A stretch of DNA of 64,000 nt from Cyanophora paradoxa CCMP329. Lineage: Eukaryota; Plantae; Glaucophyta. Under the pieces are notes generated by a model. That model was given only the letters and a program-made list of their open reading frames with translations, was not told where the DNA came from and did no database searches. Positions 16,432 through 25,647 of this stretch are shown piece after piece. A program made the position numbers and the translations under genes. Position 1 is the stretch's first letter, and each line of letters starts with the position of its first letter. The stretch spans positions 124,001 to 188,000 of the forward strand of contig QPMI01000059.1 in assembly GCA_004431415.1 (NCBI GenBank), written 5' to 3'.

Positions 16432-17925
16432 TCACACGTAGTAGCCCTCGAAATCAATTCGGCATGCCGAAGCTACGTTCGTCGAGAGCACCCAGATTAC
16501 GAGGGTTCTCACAGATCTCGGGTTCGCTAAGAAATGTTCGTCGGGCTCCGCACTTCCGGCTATTTGATTTGCATTGGTAAACACTCTCGTCGCGCCGGCT
16601 TCTGTGTATGTAACAAGCGCAGAAACTCCGGGAGTGAGCTGGTAATCGATCTCAAACGTTTTAATATAGTTGCCATTCGCAGCCGGCTTCATTTTTATTG
16701 AGGAAAGCATGAACAGACGCGGAAAATCGATGCGTAAATAATTGCCTCCCGACCTACTACCTTGCGGCGGGTTGGTAAATCCCACCCACCCCGTAGCATT
16801 CGACCAGCGGGCATTGGAGGCTGTCCCGAATTCCGCAATAAAAGCGCTATTATCGAGCGGCACCCAGTTAGACTCCGGGGGTGCACTTGTATCTGTGCAA
16901 CCCGACAGATTAATTATGGGAACGTCTCCCTCTGATATATTCATCGTCAGCACCGAATACATTGCATTAAAATACGTTTGCTGTGCGGAAACAAACGTGA
17001 GCGCTTCCGTTTCTAAATATTGCAGGTGACTCGTTGTGATAGTATCGAGGGTCATTTTATCTTTCGGTAAAGGAACGCTCAGCTTATAGTAGCGATCGTA
17101 ATTCTGATCATCGTTTCTGGGTAAAAGTTCCAGCAGCTTTACGTGGGCGTTTAGATCACTCGACTCTAAGAACATGCTGAGAATTGGCGATCCTGTGGCG
17201 CTTAGCATCCATTGCACGATCCCCCAATTTTTCATAGTGTCGTACGAATATCCCGCGGTTGCTTTATCGGCGTCTTGGACATGACCCGCCGTAATCGAGA
17301 CCACTATAAGCTCCTCCTCGCATGAGTTTCCAAATAAAGTGCGGGCGAATGTGTAGCCACAGATCCCGGGCGAATTATTTCCACTCATGCAACCATCGAT
17401 TAAACAATATGTTCTCCCGGCGACTGTGACTTGTTTCGGCTCGAAATAGGTGGGCGCAGCTGAGGTAGCCCTTGCAGCATCGCGCACAAGCATCCCATTT
17501 ATGTCTTCATCGTTGCTTGAAATAAAAACGGGGGACATTAAGATCGTGTCAAACGCAGTCACGATGGTGGGTTTATAGAGATCCGCCATGGTCGCTGAGC
17601 CGCAGAGTTCGAGAGCCACCGCTTCTAAGTTAGTTGCTTCGTACTTTGGGCGCTGTACAATCGATGTAAGCACTCGTGGATTTGCGAAAATCAGCGGTAG
17701 CTTCGCTTTGTAGAGCGCCAGAATATCAGTAGCAGTATATTTTGGGGCTCCATCGGTTCCCTTGATATTTAATAGGAGCGCGATTAATCCACCTGTGGAT
17801 GTTCCCGCAAAGCAGTCGAATAGCTGTTGGATTCGTTTACCTGTTTGGGCTTCAATCTGTGCCAGTATAGCAGCCTCGATTATTCCGCGCGACCCCCCTC
17901 CACTCAAAGCGAGAACGGTCTTCAT
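16432..17925 (-). CDS. Patatin-like phospholipase fused to a C-terminal F5/8-type-C (discoidin)-like domain
   Basis: LALSGGGSRG, AGTSTGG (GxSxG), RATSAAPTYF, IDGC. C-terminus YLRIDF..YIKTFEIDY..HFLANPRSVRTLVIW..CRIDFEG. Confidence 0.88.
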   Translation of the reverse strand: MKTVLALSGGGSRGIIEAAILAQIEAQTGKRIQQLFDCFAGTSTGGLIALLLNIKGTDGAPKYTATDILALYKAKLPLIFANPRVLTSIVQRPKYEATNLEAVALELCGSATMADLYKPTIVTAFDTILMSPVFISSNDEDINGMLVRDAARATSAAPTYFEPKQVTVAGRTYCLIDGCMSGNNSPGICGYTFARTLFGNSCEEELIVVSITAGHVQDADKATAGYSYDTMKNWGIVQWMLSATGSPILSMFLESSDLNAHVKLLELLPRNDDQNYDRYYKLSVPLPKDKMTLDTITTSHLQYLETEALTFVSAQQTYFNAMYSVLTMNISEGDVPIINLSGCTDTSAPPESNWVPLDNSAFIAEFGTASNARWSNATGWVGFTNPPQGSRSGGNYLRIDFPRLFMLSSIKMKPAANGNYIKTFEIDYQLTPGVSALVTYTEAGATRVFTNANQIAGSAEPDEHFLANPRSVRTLVIWVLSTNVASACRIDFEGYYV

Positions 17926-17968
17926 TATCTTATATACTTCTTATATATCTTCTTTGTTTATAAAGAGG

Positions 17969-20900
17969 ATGTCGTTCCTGAATCCGAGACCCGATGCACG
18001 AGTAATTAATTCGACCACGCAGATAGAGGACACTGACCAGGTAAACACCGAAATTCGCGGGTCTATCAGAATAAATTACAATGCAGACCGCGAAGATCCA
18101 GTCAGTGGAACACCGAGCAGACCCGCAGCTTTGCAGTTAATGAACGTCGAGAAGGGGGATCACAAGCTTGCAATCGACTTTTTACTTGATGACAACGAGC
18201 GAAACAGAGTTGCCAGCATCCAGGCGACTCGTCAGTTACCGAAAACGGTGCGATATAATCGGAGGAACATCCCAAAAGCTTTCGATAGAGGTCGCTTAAA
18301 CTTCTTCATTCAAGATGAGAGCGGTTTCCAAAATGCAGCTATGAGAATCGTGGATAATAGCACGCTTATAGCGGGAGTATCCACGCGGAAAACAAAGGTA
18401 GAGGTCGTCCATGATCTCTCAGCAGGTAATTTGACGACGAGCAACATTGCAGCAAGCAACATCACCACGGACACTCTGAACGTAAACTCATTTAATTCAG
18501 AGTCTTTCTTCGCCACCAATGTCGCCACATGCAATCTAAATCTTGATTCCTTTATTATTCAGAAGAGCGACACGGTTCCCCAAATTACAGAGGGCGTTTT
18601 CACATTAGACTCCGCGAAACCGACCTTAGAAATTGTCGAAAATGGGAACGTTGTGGATATAATTGGCGCCAATGCTCCGAATGTGAGATCCTTAGCACTT
18701 GATAAAACGACTATATCATTTGCAGAAGAAATTCCGGCATTTACCACAGAGAAACAGGCACTGAGAACAGATCATGTTTACATTACCAGAGACAATATAA
18801 ACGATCTTTTGGGCAAGGACATTGTGAAGGCGTTTTTGGAGTTCGAGAGGAACAAGAACACCAAAGATTCGAGCCAGGATGGAACCCTCACGACCCACAC
18901 AACCGAGATCGCGGCTTTGCAGTCCGAAATTAATGCACTGTTTGCAGCAGATGGAGCGCTTGCAATTACCTTAGCCCATATTCTATCGAAAAGGAACATT
19001 TACCCCGCGACTGATAACACATACCGAGTTGGTTTATCGAATCTGAGATGGTCAGAGATGCATGGAGTTTCGATGGTTGCCACCGACACTACCAGCTCGA
19101 ATATAATCCTTCCATTAAATCACTCACTCCGACCCAATCAAATACCCACTGATGAGAGAGCTCTGATCAGCTACAACGACTTTAATAGCAACCTTTCCCG
19201 CTCAGTTTCGCGAACTGAGACCTACACTGTCGAGGGATACCCGCAGAAATTCGCAGGTCTTGAAGTCTATGTGGTGTATGCTGATAGCCCGACCTACACA
19301 TTTACATGGGGTCAATTGGGTGTCACAGGTTTCGAGATTTTACCTACGGTTACCTTGGTCGATCATACAGTTTACTATAATCAAATTACTTTCACTGATG
19401 AATATAACAAGGCATATGTCCATAATATCACCTCCACAGGGTTTCAGGTTTCGTTCCAATATGTTGGAACAAATACTCTCATTATCCGAAACAACTCGCT
19501 AAACAGCATAGCTAATGTGAGCTTCACTCTCACTATCAATTATGTCACCCCTATATTTGATAGCAAGCCCAGAGTAAAGGTTTACCGAGATTTACAGGTA
19601 AATAATGTCGTCCCCTTCCCAGCTTCCAATATACAGATAGGCGAACCCACAAACCCCTTCAAACGAGAATATCTTAAAGAGCTCTATATAACAAAGTCCG
19701 ATTTCGCAGATGCTGTCGCTTTGGTAAACTCCCCGACACCCAGTATATCATACCACAATATCAAAGCGTTTACCCCTATGACTCAGACAGGTAGCAGGTC
19801 GTTCCCGAGCTCAGAATTATTAAGTATGGTAAATGGCTACTATTATAGATATACTCCGTCAGAGTCGATTAGTATACCTATTACCTTCACATCGACATAT
19901 AATGCCCCACCAATTGTTACCATAGTAGATACCAATCGATATTTCGCCCAGCCCACAGGAGGCATAACACCAGCACCCAAATATACTACCGTTTTTCGAG
20001 CAGAGAATGTCACCACCACAGGCTTTAATCTTGTAGCCGATCCTACGATTCATACTTATATCAATGGCTACCCAGTCGGTGTCTACTTCTATACATATAA
20101 TGCCACCACAGCGAAATTCGAATATCCCCCATACACAGTAGGGTGGTCAGCTGTGGGTCAGACTCCCCAGTATGATGATACTGATAGATTAAAAATAAAG
20201 TATCCACTCGATGTGACCGACCTATATACTACAAGGATCAATGGGCAGAATTTTGTGTTTAATGGAACCAATGCGACTGTGATCGATAACAGAGTCACAA
20301 ATAATTACTTTTTCGATTCTCGATATATTAATACTTGCAACATTGTCATACAAAACACGTTTGAAAATCGCAGTAAGACCTTAACAGTCACCTTGCCCAC
20401 TCACTCGAATGTCTCAGATGGATTTCACTATTATCTTTTCAATCGTAATTACACCTCATATATTCCATATCCTTCTGAGACTGTCAACATGAGCTATCCC
20501 AGAGTCACCCTAACATCGACCAATGCTGACTTCTTTGGATCCACGGACTTTATGACCTTCTTTGCTTTCACATCGTCCACAGATGGTCTCTTAGTTTATT
20601 ACACTTTCAGGTATGATGCTGTTTGGACTCAGCTTGACAGCCACCCAAATACAGATGTAATTGAAGTGGGCGATAAGAAATATATTAAAACCGCTTCCCC
20701 ATGGGTGTGCACTGTCCGGCTCGATGATAGATACACTCCCAACCTAAATAACATTGGAATGCACTCGACATGTAATATTTATGTGCAAGGTGCAATTTCG
20801 GCTACCAAATATTTCGAGGGTGGGAACTGTGATGCAGCCCATAGGTTGCTATCGCGAAATGGGCTCTTTGAGTCATTCAGTGGGACGGCTCTACCGCCCT

Positions 20901-21619
20901 TTATCAGGGACACGGTCTATGATACCACATGCAATATTTGGGTGTGCCGATCTGTGAGCAATCCGCCTGTAACACAGGAATTATACAGTTACCTCGCGAA
21001 TAAGTATGGGGCAATCACAGGGTCTTCAACAGGAAATCCAGCAACAGCTCCTATCGTGTTTGCAAATGCATACACAGCGCCAACCTCATTGGCAGGGTCG
21101 ACAGAACCGCCACCAAACGATCCCAATCCGAACCAGCCTAACCCAGATCCCGATTCAAAAGATCCCCCTACAACTGATCCAGATCCAAACACGACACCTA
21201 ATAATCCCACTAATCCTACAAATCCAGTCGGAGCACCCGGAATGGATCCAGGAACGTTAGTGCTTCTCATTCTCTTGCCGATTCTCGGTGCTCTTGGGCT
21301 TGTGCTTGCATACAAATTCCGAGCTTTGTGTTGTGCATGCATAGACAGAACCATTGCAGGAGCAGGAAATAAATACTCAACACCTGAGCTGAATGTGACC
21401 CAAACAGCCGAAGGAGATGTGGGGTTAGAGGTGAGGTCAGCCGAGGGGCATGGTCTTAGTGTTGTGAGAACTGATCAACCACCAGCAAGTAGGGCAGCAC
21501 CCAAAAAATCACGAGCAGAACGAATGGCTGAATCAATAATGAATGAAAATGCAGACTTTATGGCGGAAATTGCACAACGAGAGGGCAGAACATACGAGCT
21601 TCTCCCAATGCGACCTTAA
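17969..21619 (+). CDS. Large fibre-like protein with C-terminal P/N/D/T-rich linker and single transmembrane helix
   Basis: Likely ATG 17969 (1216 aa). Short coiled coil, repeated SNI/CNI motifs, beta modules (ITFTSTYNAPPIVT..NVTTTGF..VGWSAVG), then LVLLILLPILGALGLVLAY-KFR..CCAC. Confidence 0.7.
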   Translation: MSFLNPRPDARVINSTTQIEDTDQVNTEIRGSIRINYNADREDPVSGTPSRPAALQLMNVEKGDHKLAIDFLLDDNERNRVASIQATRQLPKTVRYNRRNIPKAFDRGRLNFFIQDESGFQNAAMRIVDNSTLIAGVSTRKTKVEVVHDLSAGNLTTSNIAASNITTDTLNVNSFNSESFFATNVATCNLNLDSFIIQKSDTVPQITEGVFTLDSAKPTLEIVENGNVVDIIGANAPNVRSLALDKTTISFAEEIPAFTTEKQALRTDHVYITRDNINDLLGKDIVKAFLEFERNKNTKDSSQDGTLTTHTTEIAALQSEINALFAADGALAITLAHILSKRNIYPATDNTYRVGLSNLRWSEMHGVSMVATDTTSSNIILPLNHSLRPNQIPTDERALISYNDFNSNLSRSVSRTETYTVEGYPQKFAGLEVYVVYADSPTYTFTWGQLGVTGFEILPTVTLVDHTVYYNQITFTDEYNKAYVHNITSTGFQVSFQYVGTNTLIIRNNSLNSIANVSFTLTINYVTPIFDSKPRVKVYRDLQVNNVVPFPASNIQIGEPTNPFKREYLKELYITKSDFADAVALVNSPTPSISYHNIKAFTPMTQTGSRSFPSSELLSMVNGYYYRYTPSESISIPITFTSTYNAPPIVTIVDTNRYFAQPTGGITPAPKYTTVFRAENVTTTGFNLVADPTIHTYINGYPVGVYFYTYNATTAKFEYPPYTVGWSAVGQTPQYDDTDRLKIKYPLDVTDLYTTRINGQNFVFNGTNATVIDNRVTNNYFFDSRYINTCNIVIQNTFENRSKTLTVTLPTHSNVSDGFHYYLFNRNYTSYIPYPSETVNMSYPRVTLTSTNADFFGSTDFMTFFAFTSSTDGLLVYYTFRYDAVWTQLDSHPNTDVIEVGDKKYIKTASPWVCTVRLDDRYTPNLNNIGMHSTCNIYVQGAISATKYFEGGNCDAAHRLLSRNGLFESFSGTALPPFIRDTVYDTTCNIWVCRSVSNPPVTQELYSYLANKYGAITGSSTGNPATAPIVFANAYTAPTSLAGSTEPPPNDPNPNQPNPDPDSKDPPTTDPDPNTTPNNPTNPTNPVGAPGMDPGTLVLLILLPILGALGLVLAYKFRALCCACIDRTIAGAGNKYSTPELNVTQTAEGDVGLEVRSAEGHGLSVVRTDQPPASRAAPKKSRAERMAESIMNENADFMAEIAQREGRTYELLPMRP

Positions 21620-21648
21620 TTTTTGTAGAATGCCATAATAGAGAAATA

Positions 21649-23187
21649 ATGACGGAACCCATAGTAGAAACGACAGTAAAGAATGCTGTATTGGATAATC
21701 AATTTTATATAACCCATGCCAATATACCCAGTGAATCCAATGACCTAATTGTTAATCTAAAAGGCTATGTGATGGGAGCTATGGCTTCTAACCTATGGAA
21801 TGACATTTTCGGTTACGAGTTTGGTCACATCTATGACATTGCAAATGGGATCGGCTATGTGGATGCGATGGCAGGCACAGCCTTTCGAAATCTAAATTGC
21901 AACTGTGTGGGTGGGTGGATGTTTCAGATCTGTTCAAATGTCGATCCTACTATTGATCCCGCCACGATTACCTTTGATTGCAATCTGTTTGCCCCCAAAA
22001 CGATTTTCTCCATCACTTGCAATCTCGTTAATTCGGATGTGCCCATTGTGGCACCTCTCATGGGTGCATCCAACATGTACATTCGAAGATACCCTGTTGT
22101 TCACACAGGTGGAGAGTATCAGATCCCAGATGATCCAGCTATAATGCCCATTAAAATTGACCTCCCTTCGGATTATGTAGGGAGGGGGGAACTGAAAACC
22201 GTTTCATTTACAGGAGACTATAATGATCTCATTAATAAACCCACCGCAGCAAATCTACACCCTGTTGCATTTTCGGGGAGTTTCCTCGACCTTAATAATA
22301 GATCACACACCCACACAAAGGCAGAAATCACAGATTTTGCACACACTCACACCAAATCACAAATTACAGATTTTGCACACTTCCACACAAGAGCAGATAT
22401 CACAAATTTCGCTCACACTCATGTTAAATCAGAGATATTAGATCTCGGAAATGTTGCATATGTGGGTCACACCCATACCAAGGCAGAGATTACAGATCTT
22501 GGAAATGTTGCATATGTTGGTCACACCCACACAAAGGCAGAGATTACAGATTTTGCACACACTCATGATTGGAATACAGATATCTATAACAAACCTGCAA
22601 TTTTCTCAGGAAACTACAATGATTTGACCAATAGACCAACTCTTGATCCTTTCACAGCCACCACAATCAGAGCCAACAACACAATGTATGTAGGATCAGG
22701 TCAGATTGTAGAACCAGCAGGACCTATGTTTGAAGAAACATGGTTCTTCCACAATTCGCAGAATTACTTTGATAAAACCTTACTTGTTCGTGGAAATGCC
22801 TATGCAAGAAATTTCTATGCTATGAACCCCTCAAATAATGCGACCATCAGTCGATGTATTACAGAGGCAGATCTTTCCAGTCAACTCAATGCATATTTTA
22901 ATGGGAAAATCCAAGCAGGAACGTATGTTTACACTACTCCTTATCTTTGGGCAAATCCTGACCATAGGTTTAACCTCACTATTAATTTCAACAGCAGCTT
23001 TGCTAACCCTCCTATTGTAACAACTGGTATACAACACAATGAGACAGCCTACTACTATCGAATGTATGTTAGGCTTAAACAAGTTTACAGTAGCTATTTC
23101 ACTTGTGAGCTTGACATAGTTCCATTAAGTTCTTTTGACAGACCAGGATTTCCAGTTACAATTCATTACATTGCTGTCGCAATTTAA
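21649..23187 (+). CDS. Phage-tail-fibre-like protein with His-rich repeats
   Basis: HTHTKAEITDF-type repeats (22306-22569), three F[ST]GxYNDLxN[KR]P-type repeats, and a C-terminal module similar to ORF 1-978. Confidence 0.75.
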   Translation: MTEPIVETTVKNAVLDNQFYITHANIPSESNDLIVNLKGYVMGAMASNLWNDIFGYEFGHIYDIANGIGYVDAMAGTAFRNLNCNCVGGWMFQICSNVDPTIDPATITFDCNLFAPKTIFSITCNLVNSDVPIVAPLMGASNMYIRRYPVVHTGGEYQIPDDPAIMPIKIDLPSDYVGRGELKTVSFTGDYNDLINKPTAANLHPVAFSGSFLDLNNRSHTHTKAEITDFAHTHTKSQITDFAHFHTRADITNFAHTHVKSEILDLGNVAYVGHTHTKAEITDLGNVAYVGHTHTKAEITDFAHTHDWNTDIYNKPAIFSGNYNDLTNRPTLDPFTATTIRANNTMYVGSGQIVEPAGPMFEETWFFHNSQNYFDKTLLVRGNAYARNFYAMNPSNNATISRCITEADLSSQLNAYFNGKIQAGTYVYTTPYLWANPDHRFNLTINFNSSFANPPIVTTGIQHNETAYYYRMYVRLKQVYSSYFTCELDIVPLSSFDRPGFPVTIHYIAVAI

Positions 23188-23206
23188 CTATTTCGTAATT
23201 ATAAAG

Positions 23207-24277
23207 ATGACCTCCCTTTTAGAGATTCCAAACTATGAACTTGCAGCCAAATCACTCCACAGCACCTCTCATGAAGTAGTCGACTCCACACCCGGTTTTA
23301 TTTGCACTGAAACTACAAGTAATACCTCTTTCACAGAGAACAGTATACTGAGGGTCAAAGAAATTCGATGTGATCGAAATGGAGGCAAGATTAGAACCAC
23401 AGGCATTATAATCTCGAATAAAAACCAAGTTCAAGCAGGTCAGGTAGTCCCCAATTCAGCAATATATGATAATGTGGGTGGATTCACCACAGCACAGATA
23501 GTTACTTTTGGTAATACAAGCAATAATTCTGCTCTTGTGGTGAAAAGTGGAGGAGCCTACATTGGTGATGGAGCAAATGTAGCAGGAACTCTGACAGCAA
23601 ATCAATTGACTGTGAGTGGGACATGTTCATTTGCAGGATTGATGACCTTTAATGGTGGGCTTTCAGGGAGTATTCAGTATGGAACTCTCACACTTACAAC
23701 AAGAATAAATACACCTGAGATTGACAACATGAGTGACACAGTCATGAATTACAAGAGGAATGGGGATACCATTCTTTCTCTTCAAAAAACTATTCAGACA
23801 GATAACACAACTGTTCAACATCTCACACTTCCGACAAGCAAATATCTCAAATTAAGTAGCCATCCTCGTTTCTTTGCAACAAAACAGCAACCAAATGGGT
23901 CAATAACTGCAACAATTTCCTCAATAAATATATATCCAACAACAGGAGTCATAGTGAACCAAGGAAATCATTTCGATCCTGCGACAGGGCTTTTTACTGC
24001 CCCTGTTACAGGAAACTATCTTGTCACATTTAGTGGATCCTGTTATACGGCTGGAAGACCAGGTATTATAACAACATTTTTACAGAAAAACGGAAGCTCA
24101 TCTGGAATTGAAGTTAATAATAATTATCCATCTGTGTATGCAAACAATGGATTGGAAATAATCGTTGACCTTCAAGCTAATGATTCCATCAAAATATCAT
24201 ATAGTGTCAGTGGTGGAGCTTCTTCATATTATAATATCAGATGGTTCTTTGGATGTATGCTTCTCAGCTCTTCATAA
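23207..24277 (+). CDS. Fibre protein: conserved N-terminal anchor plus C-terminal C1q/TNF-like head
   Basis: RVKEIRCDRNGGKIRTT..SGGAYIGDG anchor; HPRFFA..VNQGNHFDPATGLFTAPVTGNYLVTF..IVDLQANDSI..FFGCML is a C1q pattern. Confidence 0.8.
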   Translation: MTSLLEIPNYELAAKSLHSTSHEVVDSTPGFICTETTSNTSFTENSILRVKEIRCDRNGGKIRTTGIIISNKNQVQAGQVVPNSAIYDNVGGFTTAQIVTFGNTSNNSALVVKSGGAYIGDGANVAGTLTANQLTVSGTCSFAGLMTFNGGLSGSIQYGTLTLTTRINTPEIDNMSDTVMNYKRNGDTILSLQKTIQTDNTTVQHLTLPTSKYLKLSSHPRFFATKQQPNGSITATISSINIYPTTGVIVNQGNHFDPATGLFTAPVTGNYLVTFSGSCYTAGRPGIITTFLQKNGSSSGIEVNNNYPSVYANNGLEIIVDLQANDSIKISYSVSGGASSYYNIRWFFGCMLLSSS

Positions 24278-24299
24278 TATTATCCATATAATATAAAGT

Positions 24300-25319
24300 A
24301 TGACCACTCAAATAGCTGTTCCTGTGTTCTGTTATGCCGCCCCCAAAATACATCAACTCAACCACACAGTAACAGATGCAACCCCTGGTTTTATTTGCAC
24401 TGAAACAACAGGTGCCGATTCGTTTTCTCAGAATTCAGTGATAAGATGCAAAGAAATTCGATGTGATCGCAATGGGGGCAAGGTGAGAACCACAGGTTTA
24501 ATTGTCTCCAATAAGAACCAAGTTCAATCAGGTCAGATAGTCTCAGATTCCACAATTTATGAGGATGTTGGAGGGTTCACCACACCAAAGATTGTAACCT
24601 TTGACAATACAATTAATAACTCTGCTCTTGTTGTGAGAAGTGGAGGAGCTTACATTGGAGATGGGGCGAGAGTTGATGGAACCCTAACAGCAAATCAGGT
24701 AAGTATTACAGGAACAAGCACCTTTACAGGATTGGTAACAGCAAATGCTGGTATTTCACTACCAATTGCCTCACAATCCATAATCACAGCAATGAACAAG
24801 GTTGTCACACCAGAAATCGATACAGGAGTCAATGTAGATCTTCTTCTGAAACGAAATAGTAACACTGTTGCTACTCTGGAAGCGAATAGTTTGACAATTA
24901 ATACAGGGTGTTATCTCAAAACATCACATCCACGATTTTCAGTTCAACTCGGCTACAACCACACTGCTACAAGTTCTGCTGTTCTTATAAACTGGGCAAC
25001 AGTTCGAGTAAACAATACCAACTCATTCAGCATATCAACTGGAAGGTTCACAGCACCTGTTGCGGGACACTATCGATTTTCAGTTTTCACTTCTTCAACC
25101 ACAACTTCTGCAATTGAATTATTTGTAAGGGTTAATGATGCTGACCCTGGGGGATTGAGCATTTCCCAAGTTCACAATCTGTCGACAACAAATAAAGCAC
25201 TTTGTTTCTCTTGCATTCTCAATCTTGCCCAAAACGAATATGTGACACTTGTTACAAATTCAGTCGGTTCCTATGCAAGTGAAACAGCCTTCTCAGGTGA
25301 ATTAATAAGCATCGTATAA
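24300..25319 (+). CDS. Fibre protein paralogue with C1q-like head
   Basis: N-terminal ~150 aa highly similar to 23207-24277; HPRFSV..NNTNSFSISTGRFTAPVAGHYRF..LNLAQNEYV..FSGELI. Confidence 0.8.
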   Translation: MTTQIAVPVFCYAAPKIHQLNHTVTDATPGFICTETTGADSFSQNSVIRCKEIRCDRNGGKVRTTGLIVSNKNQVQSGQIVSDSTIYEDVGGFTTPKIVTFDNTINNSALVVRSGGAYIGDGARVDGTLTANQVSITGTSTFTGLVTANAGISLPIASQSIITAMNKVVTPEIDTGVNVDLLLKRNSNTVATLEANSLTINTGCYLKTSHPRFSVQLGYNHTATSSAVLINWATVRVNNTNSFSISTGRFTAPVAGHYRFSVFTSSTTTSAIELFVRVNDADPGGLSISQVHNLSTTNKALCFSCILNLAQNEYVTLVTNSVGSYASETAFSGELISIV

Positions 25320-25341
25320 TTTTCTTATGGTAGTTTAGGAA

Positions 25342-25605
25342 ATGTCGAATATTTACCAAGTGGTTCTATCTGAAATCGAAAAGTTGGGAATGGAATATTG
25401 TGCTGCCTCTGTTCAGGATTGGATCGATAATGCTGCCCACAACAGAGCAAGGATTGCAATTGAAGAAATTGTTCAGAAAGAAATCCATTCTTGCATCTCA
25501 GGTGGAGTTCAAATACCTACCTCAAAGGAAGCGATTGTGTTACAGGCATTCCAAAGGGGAACTGTGAAGAAAGCAATTGAATATAATACAGTTGCTGAGG
25601 AATGA
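25342..25605 (+). CDS. Small fibre-associated protein (possible assembly chaperone)
   Basis: MEY..SVQDWIDNAAHNRARIAIEEIV resembles, from recall, small proteins that follow C1q fibre genes in marine tailed phages. Confidence 0.6.
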   Translation: MSNIYQVVLSEIEKLGMEYCAASVQDWIDNAAHNRARIAIEEIVQKEIHSCISGGVQIPTSKEAIVLQAFQRGTVKKAIEYNTVAEE

Positions 25606-25647
25606 AGTCTAAATTAATTGGTTTTTCATATAGCATGCATAAGAAAG

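Noticed and set aside
17762-17968. N-terminal extension of the 1285-aa ORF
   Set aside because: TTG start overlapping the patatin gene; ATG 17969 after an AT-rich tract is more plausible.
22306-22569. DGR template/variable repeat or CRISPR
   Set aside because: In-frame protein repeats with codon-level variation; no reverse transcriptase in the window.
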